Positions 20,101-28,673 of a stretch of DNA of 53,150 nt are shown piece after piece. Made by a program: the position numbers and the translations under genes. Under the pieces are notes generated by a model. It ran no database searches and was not told where the DNA came from. It saw nothing but the letters and a program-made list of their open reading frames with translations. How positions within the stretch are numbered: position 1 is the stretch's first letter; every line of letters begins with the position of its first letter. The stretch lies in NCBI GenBank assembly GCA_050943115.1, contig JBMNON010000007.1, positions 1-53,150 of the forward strand, read 5' to 3'. This DNA is from Patescibacteria group bacterium (GTDB taxonomy: Bacteria > Patescibacteriota > Microgenomatia > UBA12405).

Positions 20101-21799
20101 CGTAAGAAATTACGCTTCCAAGTCTGGTTTGACCATTACCGCCATTGCCTCCGTGAGCTGCGCCTCCGGCACCCTTGTCTCCGTCAGCGCCATCTCCAGT
20201 ACCATTGCCATCAGAATAACCTTTACTATCTACATCGATAGAACCGGTAGAGTTTATTGTGAAGTCACCATCAACGTTATAGTTGATTTTGTAGGTGTCA
20301 GAGTTAGTATTGTCGGTATGAGTTAATGTGCCATTTATGGTGACACCTGAATAGCTTCGAGGAACATTGGCATGTAAGGTAGAGGTGGCTGGCACAATTA
20401 AGTTACCTCCTCCACTTAACATCGAGAAGGTACCTCCGTTATCGACTAAAATACCACCAGTCCAATCAAGAGAATTATAGTTAATATTCGCGCCAACATG
20501 ATTAAAAAAGTAGGCATTGTGATGTACAACAAGATTATTAACGGTAGCATTGTTGCTTAAACCAAAAAAGGCTTTTTGGTCAACTGTGAGGGATGATTCT
20601 ACATTAAGTACCGAAGTATATTCGATATCGGCAAAATTTGTTATTGTTAGATTATCGACTGTAAGATTGGAAGGTAGGGGGGTTTTGGCTAAGCGTGGGC
20701 GAGATGTGGACCAAACGATATCTTCATTGTCAACGACAATATCGCCGTATGTCGCAGAAACATTTTTTAGGAAAATTGTACCGGCGCCACCCTTTTGACA
20801 GTTGGTGTGATCACCATCAGGTTTAGCGCCTTGTACAGATATTTGTTCCAGAGTGACGCTACTTGAAGAATAATATAGTGCAATACGTCCACCGGCTCCA
20901 CCACCACCATCACCATAATAGGTATTGATAGTCCCTCCGCCTTCAGCAAGTAAATTACCACTACCATTTAAAGAGCCCGTTTGAATCCAGATTGATCCGC
21001 CGGAACCACCGCCGGAACCATGAGAATAATAATCAGAAGTAGAACTTCGAGCACCATTTGCAGAAATTGTTCCGTTAATCGTTGTTGTTCCCGATACTGT
21101 TAACTTTACTGCTCCTCCACCAACGCCAGACTGATTATTGTAGTCACCCCCTCCGCTTCCTAAAGTAACAGGTTGAGTTAGCGAACCGTAAGAGATAACC
21201 CCACCGGCCCTGGTCTGACCATTACCACCGAAACCACCGTGAGCAGCACCTCCGGCACCTCCGTTACCATCAGTACCCTCTCCCGGACCGGAACCTTTAC
21301 CATACCCTTTTGAATTAGCGTTTATAGTACCATGAACATAGGCGTTGCCGGATTGAACATCAATGTTGATTTTGCCGACTATTGAAGCACCGGAACCGGC
21401 AGTATGGGTAATGTTGCCTCCCGGATAGACAGTTAAATCACCGGCAGCTAGAGTAAGGGCACCAAGGGATATGGCGTCATAGGAGAACTCAAGAGATGAG
21501 GCAGCAGTATTATCTATTTTTCCTAATATAAGGGAATTTATAGTGACCGGTGAAGAAAGAATAACAGTAACATTGGAATCTATGAGAACGTCGTCGTCAG
21601 CAGCGGGGACAATATCAGTGTCCCAATTGAGAGGGTCAAGCCAGGAAGTACCATCGCCACCACCGTCCCAAATAATACTAGCGGCAGCCCGAATGTACCA
21701 AGTATGGAAAACAGGGAAGAGATAGACACTTGAGAAAAGACTGATGAAAAAAGCCGTCAGAATAAATACTCGTTTATTAAAAAGTTTCCTAATTTTCAT
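14111..21799 (-). CDS. Giant (2562 aa) surface protein: four ~362-aa Gly-rich beta-repeat units plus C-terminal FN3/Ig-like domains
   Basis: N-terminal anchor or signal; repeated KG(Y/F)...GAA(H/Y)GG.GGNG...GSGGG...GGRIA units; FN3-like segments (ISWTTS...YYFKARW, LTPAKVYHLRAIS). Confidence 0.9.
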   Translation of the reverse strand: MKIRKLFNKRVFILTAFFISLFSSVYLFPVFHTWYIRAAASIIWDGGGDGTSWLDPLNWDTDIVPAADDDVLIDSNVTVILSSPVTINSLILGKIDNTAASSLEFSYDAISLGALTLAAGDLTVYPGGNITHTAGSGASIVGKINIDVQSGNAYVHGTINANSKGYGKGSGPGEGTDGNGGAGGAAHGGFGGNGQTRAGGVISYGSLTQPVTLGSGGGDYNNQSGVGGGAVKLTVSGTTTINGTISANGARSSTSDYYSHGSGGGSGGSIWIQTGSLNGSGNLLAEGGGTINTYYGDGGGGAGGRIALYYSSSSVTLEQISVQGAKPDGDHTNCQKGGAGTIFLKNVSATYGDIVVDNEDIVWSTSRPRLAKTPLPSNLTVDNLTITNFADIEYTSVLNVESSLTVDQKAFFGLSNNATVNNLVVHHNAYFFNHVGANINYNSLDWTGGILVDNGGTFSMLSGGGNLIVPATSTLHANVPRSYSGVTINGTLTHTDNTNSDTYKINYNVDGDFTINSTGSIDVDSKGYSDGNGTGDGADGDKGAGGAAHGGNGGNGQTRLGSVISYGSATQPATIGSGGGHNNTFQAGHGGGAVKLIITGTFNVGGPVSANGGDSVTSDFYSHGSGGGSGGSIWINANEITGSSTISADGGGATNTYYGDGGGGGGGRIALYYDTNSVGLSQISAKGGIPQGDHSATQKGGAGTIYLKAATATNGDFVIDNKDNDWSTSRTRVAKTTLPSTLTLDNLAITNYSNIDYTSSLNVVSSLTLDQKSFLESSGGITADNLIVHNNATLFSQLGANIVYNTIDWNGGILVDNGGTFAILSSGVDLTIPSGSTLHSNVPRSYSNVFIDGVLTHTENIDSEVYKINYTIGGNLSISSSGSVNVNGKGFGIGYGTGEGTDGADGSGGAAHGGNGGNGRTRAGSIVPYGSATQPVTLGSGGGQVSGYGGAGGGAIKFIVGGYIDVGGPISANGNAGPSYSYDGSGGGGAGGSVWIDANEVKGGSTISASGGGSADGYSDKDGGGGGGGRIAIYYDSLPFAIDRIYAYGGKPSGAASTCQKGGAGTIYLKSSSISYGDLIVDNNDPNWSSLRSKVAKTVLPDSLNVSNITITDYSNIDYSSSLNVTSTIVIDQKSFFDLSGNLNVNTINLLNGSSFICQSSAAIDYTTLNWSAILVDNGCDFAVISTGGNLTIPSGATLETNIARHYDNVTVNGTLSHSENTNEEVNKLILAIDENLTVNPSGSINVNGKGYSDGYGPGTGVSGSNGAGGAAYGGEGGNGQSRAGNKVPYGEERSPDLLGSGGGHHGYAAGHGGGVIKISIGATATLNGVISANGGNGGLYDNYHGNGGGSGGSIWVTTETLIGSGSVTANGGNTANYTYDGGAGGGGRIALYYGTNTTNFSVLSVNGGVASGASAQNGGIGTIFLGGKSSDPLNLRQFKTDNTTAIGQGGNTDESSFIATFQVQDGDSEDTITPQVEIQTLGTPFSNVATNIGASVVYTGAIVTAQVTVDGLADTESYHWQARACDATNLCSDWVSYGNNTEDEADIRVVMNTPPSAPVIPESSFFINGQYTNSLQPMLSFVLSDPNAVDTVGYRIQVDTESEFGSPIIDYVSVQAAQGTQSFTVGQAAGEGTYNEGSEGQELSTDNYYWRVKAIDNKSGESDWTTATGTPSFIIDQSRPTNGANMKMKAHDEALHEYSHSDEPVWFNRNDLFFSWDDGSDAQGVKGYCVYLGNDLEGDPATQKGLLGSSPVSTTGTTCQFITADTEIDFSNSALRSYEWLTSSDDLYYFKIKTIDIANNTYVGPDETNYISFYFDNTAPENVVAISAASGTFSSTSDMFFTWPTTNGTAGNDEHSQVLGFQYAINSRDSWIGETLDPSTNLEYYSLGIAQPFYLPASAQDLIQLGQNTIFFRILDRAGNASELRTAFINYGGEAPKFAQGDFITVTPGQNDTNSFAFSWPEAEPSSGNTIDTYYYMINTPPPVSYATITSNSATYIATESTSIDTFTVPGLRKGANTIYVVAVDSNSNYSPTNTISATFYLYSELPDPPTNLTVADSSIKDVSIWRSSLVWSEPTYKGTGNLTYHIERSEDALTWEEVAQTTSFSYVDTVEESKRYYWRVGTTDNSDQSIASPSYSSAVSIIPKGSYTVPAPLTSGPASSSITTSKATISWTTSRTCDSKVAYGLASGNYFDDEAYRSVHITDHEIQLTNLSPGTKYYFKARWTDEDGNTGESDEMDFTTEPPPEVKEVRLSNVGISSALVNFTTKNATKAKIYYGTTTSFGGAKEVSTSKLETSYSVELNQLEDGTKYYYKINTFDEEDTEYEGTILDFETLPRPRVTNVRVQQVANTAQSTLLVTWESNTAISSIVTYYPENNPELVRDNVDIELRDGDHRMIIRGLFPDTGYVLRVRGQDIIGNEAVSDTVRVTTASDTRAPQISEMSVEGANSPPSNSTAQPALSQLIISWNTDEPATSQVEYGEGSGTDYNQLSQEDQNLSYNHVVIISGLTPAKVYHLRAISKDSAGNISKSIDTVTITPKATDNAFDLVITNLKEVFGFLGNL
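17600..21400 (-). repeat. Four diverged in-frame tandem units within the giant gene
   Basis: Equivalent Lys codons of the KG(Y/F) motif at 21308, 20222, 19133 and 18050 give spacings of 1086, 1089 and 1083 bp. Boundaries approximate. Confidence 0.85.
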
Positions 21800-21893
21800 T
21801 AAAATCGTAGTAATAGCTAGCTTGTTTTATTAAACCATAGCGGTTTAATAAATTAAATAAAAAAAACGAAATTGAGATAGTTTTAACTAGAAA

Positions 21894-21909
21894 TGTTAAC
21901 AAAATCACA
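21894..21909. promoter_or_regulatory. Crp-type box upstream of the giant protein operon
   Basis: aaaTGTTA-ACAAAA-TCACAt, 9/10 match to TGTGA-N6-TCACA, about 95 bp upstream of ATG 21799. Confidence 0.5.
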
Positions 21910-21911
21910 TC

Positions 21912-22571
21912 CTACTTAACAAAGTCAAGGAACTCTTTTATCTGGTGCTGAAAATCAAGGTCGAGAGTAATCCCCTTCCATGGATCAGTTGAATGGACCA
22001 AATTGACAACAACAATGTCGGCACCGTTGAAAATTGCGGAACGCAATTCTTTTTTATCAATGCCCCCGGCAGCACCAACTGTGATATCCCATTTACCTTT
22101 AATTTTGGCAATATTTTTGTATTGGATAACCGCACCGTGGGATGATTCCTCATCACGACCTCGGTGGATCATGGCGACATCAGGAGTAATATTGGCTTTC
22201 CAAAGAATCCGCATCGGATTTTGAGTGTTTATCATATCAACAACAGAAGTAATATTAGAACGGCGACAAGTTTCGACAAATATTCGTAAAGTTTCCGGGG
22301 AAGCCGTGCCAACAGCGGTAACAAAATCAGCCCCGGCATTTTTGGCAGCCAAAACCTCACCCTCAGCCCCGTCAACGATCTTCATGTCCGCATAAACCAA
22401 ACCCGGCCAATGATATTTGATGGAGCGGACAACATTGATACCTTCACGTTTTATCAGTGGTGTTCCGGCTTCAATAATAATGTTATCGTTTCTGGGTATG
22501 TCACGGATAGAACTCCTAAGCTCAGACAGAGTTCCATTAAAGGCCAGTTGTAGGTATCTTTGGTTATTCAC
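21912..22571 (-). CDS. 3-hexulose-6-phosphate synthase / OMP-decarboxylase (HPS/KGPDC) family protein
   Basis: IIIEAGTPLIKREG, VYADMKIVDG, AGADFVTAVG, GAAGGI, GADIVVV. Confidence 0.8.
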   Translation of the reverse strand: MNNQRYLQLAFNGTLSELRSSIRDIPRNDNIIIEAGTPLIKREGINVVRSIKYHWPGLVYADMKIVDGAEGEVLAAKNAGADFVTAVGTASPETLRIFVETCRRSNITSVVDMINTQNPMRILWKANITPDVAMIHRGRDEESSHGAVIQYKNIAKIKGKWDITVGAAGGIDKKELRSAIFNGADIVVVNLVHSTDPWKGITLDLDFQHQIKEFLDFVK

Positions 22572-23328
22572 GGGAGATGATACTCTTTAGGTCAAAAAAA
22601 TCTCCCGGAAGAGTGACAATTATTTTCTCCGAGGGATCAGCAGATATTTCTTTTAAGGTTTGGAGGGTTCTCAGAGAGAGGGCGCCTTTGGATTTGGAGA
22701 GGGCTTCAGCAGCTTCCGAAAGTTTAATGGCGGCCTCCTTTTCCCCTTCGGCTTTGATCACCCGGGCCTTGCGGTCACGTTCGGCTTCAGCCTGTTGGGC
22801 CATGGCCCTTTTCATGTCAGCCGGGATTTCAATGTTTTGGACTTCAATGGCAGAAATATCGACTCCCCAGTTTTCAGCAGCAGTATCAACAATGGATTTG
22901 ATTTGTTCGGCAATGTGAACACGCTGCGAGAGAAGTTCATCGAGAGTAACGCTACCAATAATATCGCGGAGAGCGGTTTGGGATTTGGCAGAAATTTGGT
23001 TCATATAGTTTTGAACTTTAAAGATGGCAACTGAGGGATTAACAACTTTAAAGCGGACGATACCATCAACCATGCAGGAGACATTATCAATGGTAATGGC
23101 TTCCTGAGAGGGGATGTCGCGGACTTGTTCCCTGATATCTACGTTCTGAATGGTCTCCAAAAAGGGAATTATAAAATGGACACCCGGGCCGAGAGTCCTG
23201 GAGTAGGTACCCAAATTTACAACTAATCCCTGATAACCTTCCTGGACAATTCTAACGGAAATTATGGCTACAAAAACCAAGACAAAAAAGAGGAATATCA
23301 AAAATGTCATATATAAGAAATATAGCAT
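22564..23328 (-). CDS. SPFH/band-7 (stomatin-like) protein
   Basis: N-terminal TM, QEAITIDNVS, AENWGVDISAIEVQNI, AMAQQAEAERDRKA. Confidence 0.93.
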   Translation of the reverse strand: MLYFLYMTFLIFLFFVLVFVAIISVRIVQEGYQGLVVNLGTYSRTLGPGVHFIIPFLETIQNVDIREQVRDIPSQEAITIDNVSCMVDGIVRFKVVNPSVAIFKVQNYMNQISAKSQTALRDIIGSVTLDELLSQRVHIAEQIKSIVDTAAENWGVDISAIEVQNIEIPADMKRAMAQQAEAERDRKARVIKAEGEKEAAIKLSEAAEALSKSKGALSLRTLQTLKEISADPSEKIIVTLPGDFFDLKSIISRE

Positions 23329-23363
23329 GGGGCTGGTTGAGCTGACAATCTTTGGCTAAAGAT

Positions 23364-25496
23364 TCAGGCGGTTTTTAGTTTGATGCTTCTTATGCTTAAA
23401 GCATTTACAACTACAATGACACTGGACAAACTCATGAGCAGAGCACCAACGGAGGGAGTAAGTTGAAACCCTAGAGGAATAAAAAGACCAGCAGCTGCAG
23501 GAATGGCAAGGATATTATAGCCAACTGCCCAAAAAAGATTTTGGATCATTTTTTTATAGACTTTTTTAGAGAGAATTATGAGGCGGACTACATGCTGGGG
23601 GTTGCTTTGTGTAAGAATGACATCGCCGGCTTCAAGGGCGATATCCGTTCCGGCACCGATGGCAACGCCGACATTCGCCTGGGTTAGAGCCGGGGCATCG
23701 TTGATACCATCACCGGCCATGAGCACAGTATAACCTTCGGATTGCAAATTTTTGACGTATGTATACTTTTCTTGAGGCAGAACTTGAGCGAATACCCTGT
23801 CAAGTTTTAGCTCATGGGCAACAAAGTCGGCAGCTACAGTGGAGTCACCGGTAAGCATGGCCACTTTTATGCCTATATTATGGAGCTGGCTTATGGTCTG
23901 ATAAGACTCATCTTTTATTTGATCGTCTAGAATAATCGCCCCAAGTATGTGGTTTTTGTCGGCTACATAAATAACAGTAGAACCTTTCCCGTCAATCTTA
24001 ATTGTGCGTTGTATTTCAGGTGTTATTAGCTTCTTTTTTTCCATAAAAGAGTGACTGCCGATAAAATAAGTTTGCCCTTTTAGCATAGCCCTGACACCAG
24101 AACCGGGAAGATTTACAAATTTGTTAACATCATAAAGGGGTACGTTCTTTTGTTTGGCATAATTAACAATCGCCTGACCAATAACGTGCGAGGACTGGTT
24201 TTCGATACTGGCAGCAATAGAGAGAAGTTGACGATTGTCAACCGAGAAGGGCTTGACTTCTGTTACCCCAAATTGACCGCGGGTAAGAGTGCCGGTTTTG
24301 TCAAAAATTACGTAGTCGGTATCCTTGGCAGATTCTATTTTGGCCATGTCTTTGATAAAAATTCCGTTATTGACAGCAAGACGGGTGGCAATTGTGGAAA
24401 CGGTGGGTATAGCCAAACCCAACGCATGAGGACAAGCAATGACGAGAACGGTAATAGCGAGAGTAATCGAAAAAACGAAAGTCCGCCCAAGAACCAGTGA
24501 CCAAACGATAAGGGTGGCAAGGGAAACAGCAAGGGCAGATAGGGTAAGCCATCCGGCCACCCGATCGGCCAGACGCTGAACAGCAGGCTTGGTTTGTTGG
24601 GCTTGGGAAACTAACTGTCGGATTTGACCAACAGTGGAAGATTCACCCACACGAGATAAACGCACTTCAACCGAGCCATCTAGATTTATGGCACCGGCAG
24701 AAACAGAATCACCTTTGCGTTTTTCCACAGGAAGGGATTCACCGGTAAGATGCGATTCATCAAAGTTACCAAAACCTTTAACTATTTCTCCATCAGACGG
24801 GACTTTTTCACCAGGCCTGACCAACACCCTATCCCCTTTCTTTAGGGTGACTGCGTCAACATCTCTCACACCACTTGTTGCTAGCAAATGAGCTTCCTTG
24901 GGAAGTAATCTGGATACTTCTTCCAAGGCATTACCAGCAGAAGTAGACGATCTGGCTTCCAGGTAGTGGCCAAAAAGAAGCACCCAAATAAGTGTAGAAA
25001 TCTCCAGATAAAATTCCGCTTCAATAACGGGAGACAGAGTTGAAATTAGCGAAAAAAGATAACCAGCACCCACACCAAGAGAAACCAAAGTCATCATGCC
25101 AAAGTTGCGCATTCTAATTTCATGCCAGGCGTGTTGAAAGAATATTAGGCCATAATAGAAAATGATGGATGCCAGAATAATCTGAGTGATGGGTCTTAGA
25201 GGAAAATCAGGAATATTAAGGACTCTAATGCCGGGAACGGACAAGCTAAATAACGGAATAAGGAGTAGAGTGACAGCATAAAACCTTTTGAGAAAATCTG
25301 AAGCGGCATTCGGACCAGCCAGCATAGCGGTATGATCATGCCCGGTCCTTACCTGGTGGAGTATGTGAGAAGTTTTTTCTCCGGGATGGGTAAGTTCTTT
25401 TTTAACAAGTTTCATGCCGCATTTTGGACAGTTACCCGGTTGACCGGTCTCAACTTCGGGATGCATAGGGCAATAGTATGATTTGGGGTGATTCAT
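23364..25496 (-). CDS. copB: Copper-translocating P1B-type ATPase (CopB-like)
   Basis: N-terminal YYCPMHPE...CPKCGMKL and His-rich stretch; TGES, CPHALGLA, DKTGTLT, GDGINDAPAL, YNILAIP. Confidence 0.88.
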   Translation of the reverse strand: MNHPKSYYCPMHPEVETGQPGNCPKCGMKLVKKELTHPGEKTSHILHQVRTGHDHTAMLAGPNAASDFLKRFYAVTLLLIPLFSLSVPGIRVLNIPDFPLRPITQIILASIIFYYGLIFFQHAWHEIRMRNFGMMTLVSLGVGAGYLFSLISTLSPVIEAEFYLEISTLIWVLLFGHYLEARSSTSAGNALEEVSRLLPKEAHLLATSGVRDVDAVTLKKGDRVLVRPGEKVPSDGEIVKGFGNFDESHLTGESLPVEKRKGDSVSAGAINLDGSVEVRLSRVGESSTVGQIRQLVSQAQQTKPAVQRLADRVAGWLTLSALAVSLATLIVWSLVLGRTFVFSITLAITVLVIACPHALGLAIPTVSTIATRLAVNNGIFIKDMAKIESAKDTDYVIFDKTGTLTRGQFGVTEVKPFSVDNRQLLSIAASIENQSSHVIGQAIVNYAKQKNVPLYDVNKFVNLPGSGVRAMLKGQTYFIGSHSFMEKKKLITPEIQRTIKIDGKGSTVIYVADKNHILGAIILDDQIKDESYQTISQLHNIGIKVAMLTGDSTVAADFVAHELKLDRVFAQVLPQEKYTYVKNLQSEGYTVLMAGDGINDAPALTQANVGVAIGAGTDIALEAGDVILTQSNPQHVVRLIILSKKVYKKMIQNLFWAVGYNILAIPAAAGLFIPLGFQLTPSVGALLMSLSSVIVVVNALSIRSIKLKTA

Positions 25497-25691
25497 TTAT
25501 TTAGAGCCTTGATTCCCCTTTTTCCAAAGCCAACGAAAAAGAGCGACCAAAATCAACAAGAATAATATAAAAGCTGTTAAGCCCAAGACCTGACTCAACC
25601 AACCACCACCCATCATTGGCCACCAGCCACCCATCCCAGGGCAGTATTGGTTAGGAATATTATTTTGTGCATATATTGGTAGGTAGTTCAC
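25497..25691 (-). CDS. Small membrane protein (MMGG-type), upstream of the Cu ATPase
   Basis: GMGGWWPMMGGG plus one TM; directly abuts the ATPase start. Confidence 0.7.
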   Translation of the reverse strand: MNYLPIYAQNNIPNQYCPGMGGWWPMMGGGWLSQVLGLTAFILFLLILVALFRWLWKKGNQGSK

Positions 25692-25780
25692 TGCATAACT
25701 TAATTATTATTGGTGTTAATATAGAGATAATATGTTAAGTTTCGGTAAATATTTAAATAAAAGTTAGTAATAGTCTCCTT

Positions 25781-26008
25781 GTGAAAGTAAAAGTAATTAC
25801 CCACCCGAATTCAAAAATAAGTAAGATAGACAAAGATTTGACGGGGAATTTGCATGTTTATGTGAACGAAACACCGGAAAAGGGCAAGGCTAACAATGCT
25901 GTTATGGTAGCCGTAGCCAGATTCTTTAAAGTCAAGACGAATAGGGTTTTCCTAGTTAAAGGAATGAAGTCCAGAAAAAAAGTTTTTGAAGTATTGAATA
26001 ATTCCTGA
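25781..26008 (+). CDS. DUF167/YggU family protein
   Basis: KVKV.P.S....LHVYV...PEKGKANNAV...A.FF.V....LVKG.KSR.K. Confidence 0.9.
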   Translation: MKVKVITHPNSKISKIDKDLTGNLHVYVNETPEKGKANNAVMVAVARFFKVKTNRVFLVKGMKSRKKVFEVLNNS

Positions 26009-26068
26009 AGTGGGGCAACCAGGAAAATTGATACAGGTGATCTTGGTCGAGCCTTGGTAAAATTGGAT

Positions 26069-27088
26069 ATGAGAAGCAGATTGGTGAGAGTGCTTGCGGG
26101 GGTAATTTTTTTTGCAGCTTTGGCTACAATTTTTATAGATTTTGGGTTTTTGAAACAGGGTAGAAATCTGCAAACGGAAGAGGAGCGGGAAATTAGATCA
26201 GAAGAACCCTTGCATCCCATGGCTATTGAAGCCTTGAGGAAGAAAAATTATGAGGGCAGCGATATTCAAATCGTGGAGACTTTGGCACCGGGGACAAACT
26301 ATACACGTTATATAGCAACGTATTTGTCCGAAGGACATAAAATATTTGGATTGTTAACGGTACCAAGCATGGAAAAACCAGAGAATGGATTCCCGATTAT
26401 TGCGTTCCTTCATGGGTACATACCGCCAAATCAGTATAGGACAACCGAGAGGTATGTAGCCTACCAGGATAGTTTGGCCAGAAACGGCTTTATTACCTTT
26501 AAAATTGACATGCGGGGACATGGGCAATCGGAGGGAGAGGCAGAAGGAGCGCACTTTTCGGAAACATATGTGGTGGATACATTAAACGCAATAGCTTCTT
26601 TAAAAAAATTCGCCGGGGCGAATCCTGATAAAATCGGGGTGTGGGGGCATTCAAACGGCGGTGAAATCGGGCTAAGATCGATGGTAATCTCAACGGAGAT
26701 TGATGCCGGAGTCTTTTGGGCCGGAGTGGTGGGCAGTTTTGAGGGGATGCTGGAAACTTATAATGAAAAGATCCCATTCTTAAATTTAGAAAGGAATAAG
26801 CCGGAAATGATTAATCAGTACGGGCTGCCATCGGAAAACCCTGAATTTTGGGAACAGATTGATCCGTACTCGTATTTGACAGATATAAATGGAGCAATAC
26901 AACTACATCATGGAACAGCGGATGACAGCGTACCGATAGAACTGTCAAGACAGCTAAAAAACGCAATGGAAACCGAGGGCAAAAAGGCCGAGCTTTATGA
27001 ATATCAGGGCGGAGACCATAACTTGAGTGCGCCATCATTTGGGCAAGCGATGGAAAGAACTGTGGTGTTTTTTAGACAACACTTATAA
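26069..27088 (+). CDS. Alpha/beta hydrolase (prolyl oligopeptidase/S9-like), membrane anchored
   Basis: HGY, GHGQS, nucleophile GHSNGG, HHGTADDSV, GGDH; start probably ATG 26069. Confidence 0.88.
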   Translation: MRSRLVRVLAGVIFFAALATIFIDFGFLKQGRNLQTEEEREIRSEEPLHPMAIEALRKKNYEGSDIQIVETLAPGTNYTRYIATYLSEGHKIFGLLTVPSMEKPENGFPIIAFLHGYIPPNQYRTTERYVAYQDSLARNGFITFKIDMRGHGQSEGEAEGAHFSETYVVDTLNAIASLKKFAGANPDKIGVWGHSNGGEIGLRSMVISTEIDAGVFWAGVVGSFEGMLETYNEKIPFLNLERNKPEMINQYGLPSENPEFWEQIDPYSYLTDINGAIQLHHGTADDSVPIELSRQLKNAMETEGKKAELYEYQGGDHNLSAPSFGQAMERTVVFFRQHL

Positions 27089-27089
27089 A

Positions 27090-28145
27090 TCAGCCGATGG
27101 TGAAAAGTTTGCCAACACTTAACCCGCCAACGAGCAAGGTGGCGGAAAGGGCTAGCGAAACCAGATCGCCTTCTCCCGAAACAATATTTTCCAGGATTCT
27201 AAGGAATAATGTGTGGGACAAGTAAATCGCATAAGAGTGCTTGCCTATTGACAAAAGCAATGAGCTATTAAGTTTTAGATGATAAATTAGCCGGCTGCCA
27301 AAAATCAATGTGGCACAAATTACACCACTTGCATAAACCATAACAGGGAGACGGGTGAAGCTTGTTGAATATATTATGTTGCCGGTCTTTTCAAAAAGCC
27401 AAATTGAATCAAAAACTGACCAGGCTAGCCCAAGCCCAATCATTAGAGCTAAAAATATTTTAATTGGTTTTGGGGTTTTGATTAGATCAAGATTCATTCT
27501 GGACAAAAAAGCACCAAGAAGAAAATAAAAAAGCCAGTTGCCTAGAAGTCGGTACTGGGTTTGATCATTAAGGATAAATTCATTTAAACGTAAATCCTTT
27601 AAAGAGAAGCGGCGGATGACATAGAAATTTAGGGCCTGGATAAGTCCAGAAAAGATTAATATCAACAAAAACTGGCGATTATTTCGGATCATAGGCAGAA
27701 CAAGGAAAACGAGATACATCTGAAATATTAACAAAACATAATAAAGGTGATAATCTGCATTTCCGAATAATATTGTTTCCCATACAGGTTGGCCTGACGA
27801 AGGCCAGGTGTCCATGAGTTTGAATACAAAAATCAATATCAGAGACCATAATAAGTACAAAGGGAATAGTTTATTAATTTTTCTTTTGACAAACTCTTTG
27901 ATGTTCAGAGGCTGGTTTTGATATTTACGACTGAGACCAAAGCCGGATAAAGCCAAAAATAAAGGAACACAAAAACGGGCAAACTGGTTTAGAAGGATAT
28001 ACAAAAAGGATAGTCTATTGTCAGTAACCGTATGAATAGGGAAAAAAGAAGAGAGGGAGTGGAGCATGATAACAGCCAGTAAAGATATGCCCTTGGCGAT
28101 TTGGCTTACTTGGATGTCCGTAATAAGTTGAGTCGTTTTTTTCAT
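27090..28145 (-). CDS. Acyltransferase family 3 membrane protein
   Basis: KGISLLAVIMLH, FARFCVPLFLALSGFGL, YHLYYVLLIFQMYL, HSYAIYLSH. Confidence 0.88.
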   Translation of the reverse strand: MKKTTQLITDIQVSQIAKGISLLAVIMLHSLSSFFPIHTVTDNRLSFLYILLNQFARFCVPLFLALSGFGLSRKYQNQPLNIKEFVKRKINKLFPLYLLWSLILIFVFKLMDTWPSSGQPVWETILFGNADYHLYYVLLIFQMYLVFLVLPMIRNNRQFLLILIFSGLIQALNFYVIRRFSLKDLRLNEFILNDQTQYRLLGNWLFYFLLGAFLSRMNLDLIKTPKPIKIFLALMIGLGLAWSVFDSIWLFEKTGNIIYSTSFTRLPVMVYASGVICATLIFGSRLIYHLKLNSSLLLSIGKHSYAIYLSHTLFLRILENIVSGEGDLVSLALSATLLVGGLSVGKLFTIG

Positions 28146-28280
28146 TTATCTTATTATTTTAAAAGAGAACTAAACGATCGTCAAACAGTCAGCATAGTAA
28201 ACTGTACTTGATCCATGTGTTTAACGGGCGATAACCATTGCGGGTAAAATATTTTTTATTTTTTTAATATAATATTTGTT

Positions 28281-28568
28281 ATGAATGAAACATTATTGAC
28301 GATAATATTTGTAGCAGCGGTTACAATAATTTTTACGTTCGTATCACTGCGCCAAAAGAAGTCAAGCTGGAAAGGAGTTTTGACCGATAAGAAGATCAAG
28401 GCCGACGATGACGACAACGAAAGTTATCAATTGATATTTACAACTGACGAAGGTAAAAGAGTAAGGGTCTCAGTGGCTACTAAACAGGGTTTTGACCAAT
28501 TCGTAGTCGGCGATAGGTTTGAAAAGAAGTCGGGAGAGTATTTTCCGGTAAAAATTGGCGCACAATAA
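28281..28568 (+). CDS. Hypothetical membrane-anchored protein
   Basis: N-terminal TM plus OB-like beta region; TATAAT 7 nt upstream. Confidence 0.75.
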   Translation: MNETLLTIIFVAAVTIIFTFVSLRQKKSSWKGVLTDKKIKADDDDNESYQLIFTTDEGKRVRVSVATKQGFDQFVVGDRFEKKSGEYFPVKIGAQ

Positions 28569-28673
28569 AATACAAAGTTGACGTGGTTGGTTATTGCGGA
28601 TAAAAATGTTTTCTTACAATACTTACTGAATAATTTGATGTTTTTTTGATATTTGACTTGTAGTATCTGGTCA

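Noticed and set aside
17600-21400. CRISPR array or DNA tandem repeat
   Set aside because: The periodicity is ~1.09 kb in-frame protein repeats; no short repeat-spacer array was seen anywhere in the window.
25712-25740. dif-like sequence GGTGTTAATAT...ATATGTTAAGT
   Set aside because: Spacer is 7 nt with the best arm alignment, several arm mismatches, and it lies in an AT-rich divergent promoter region.
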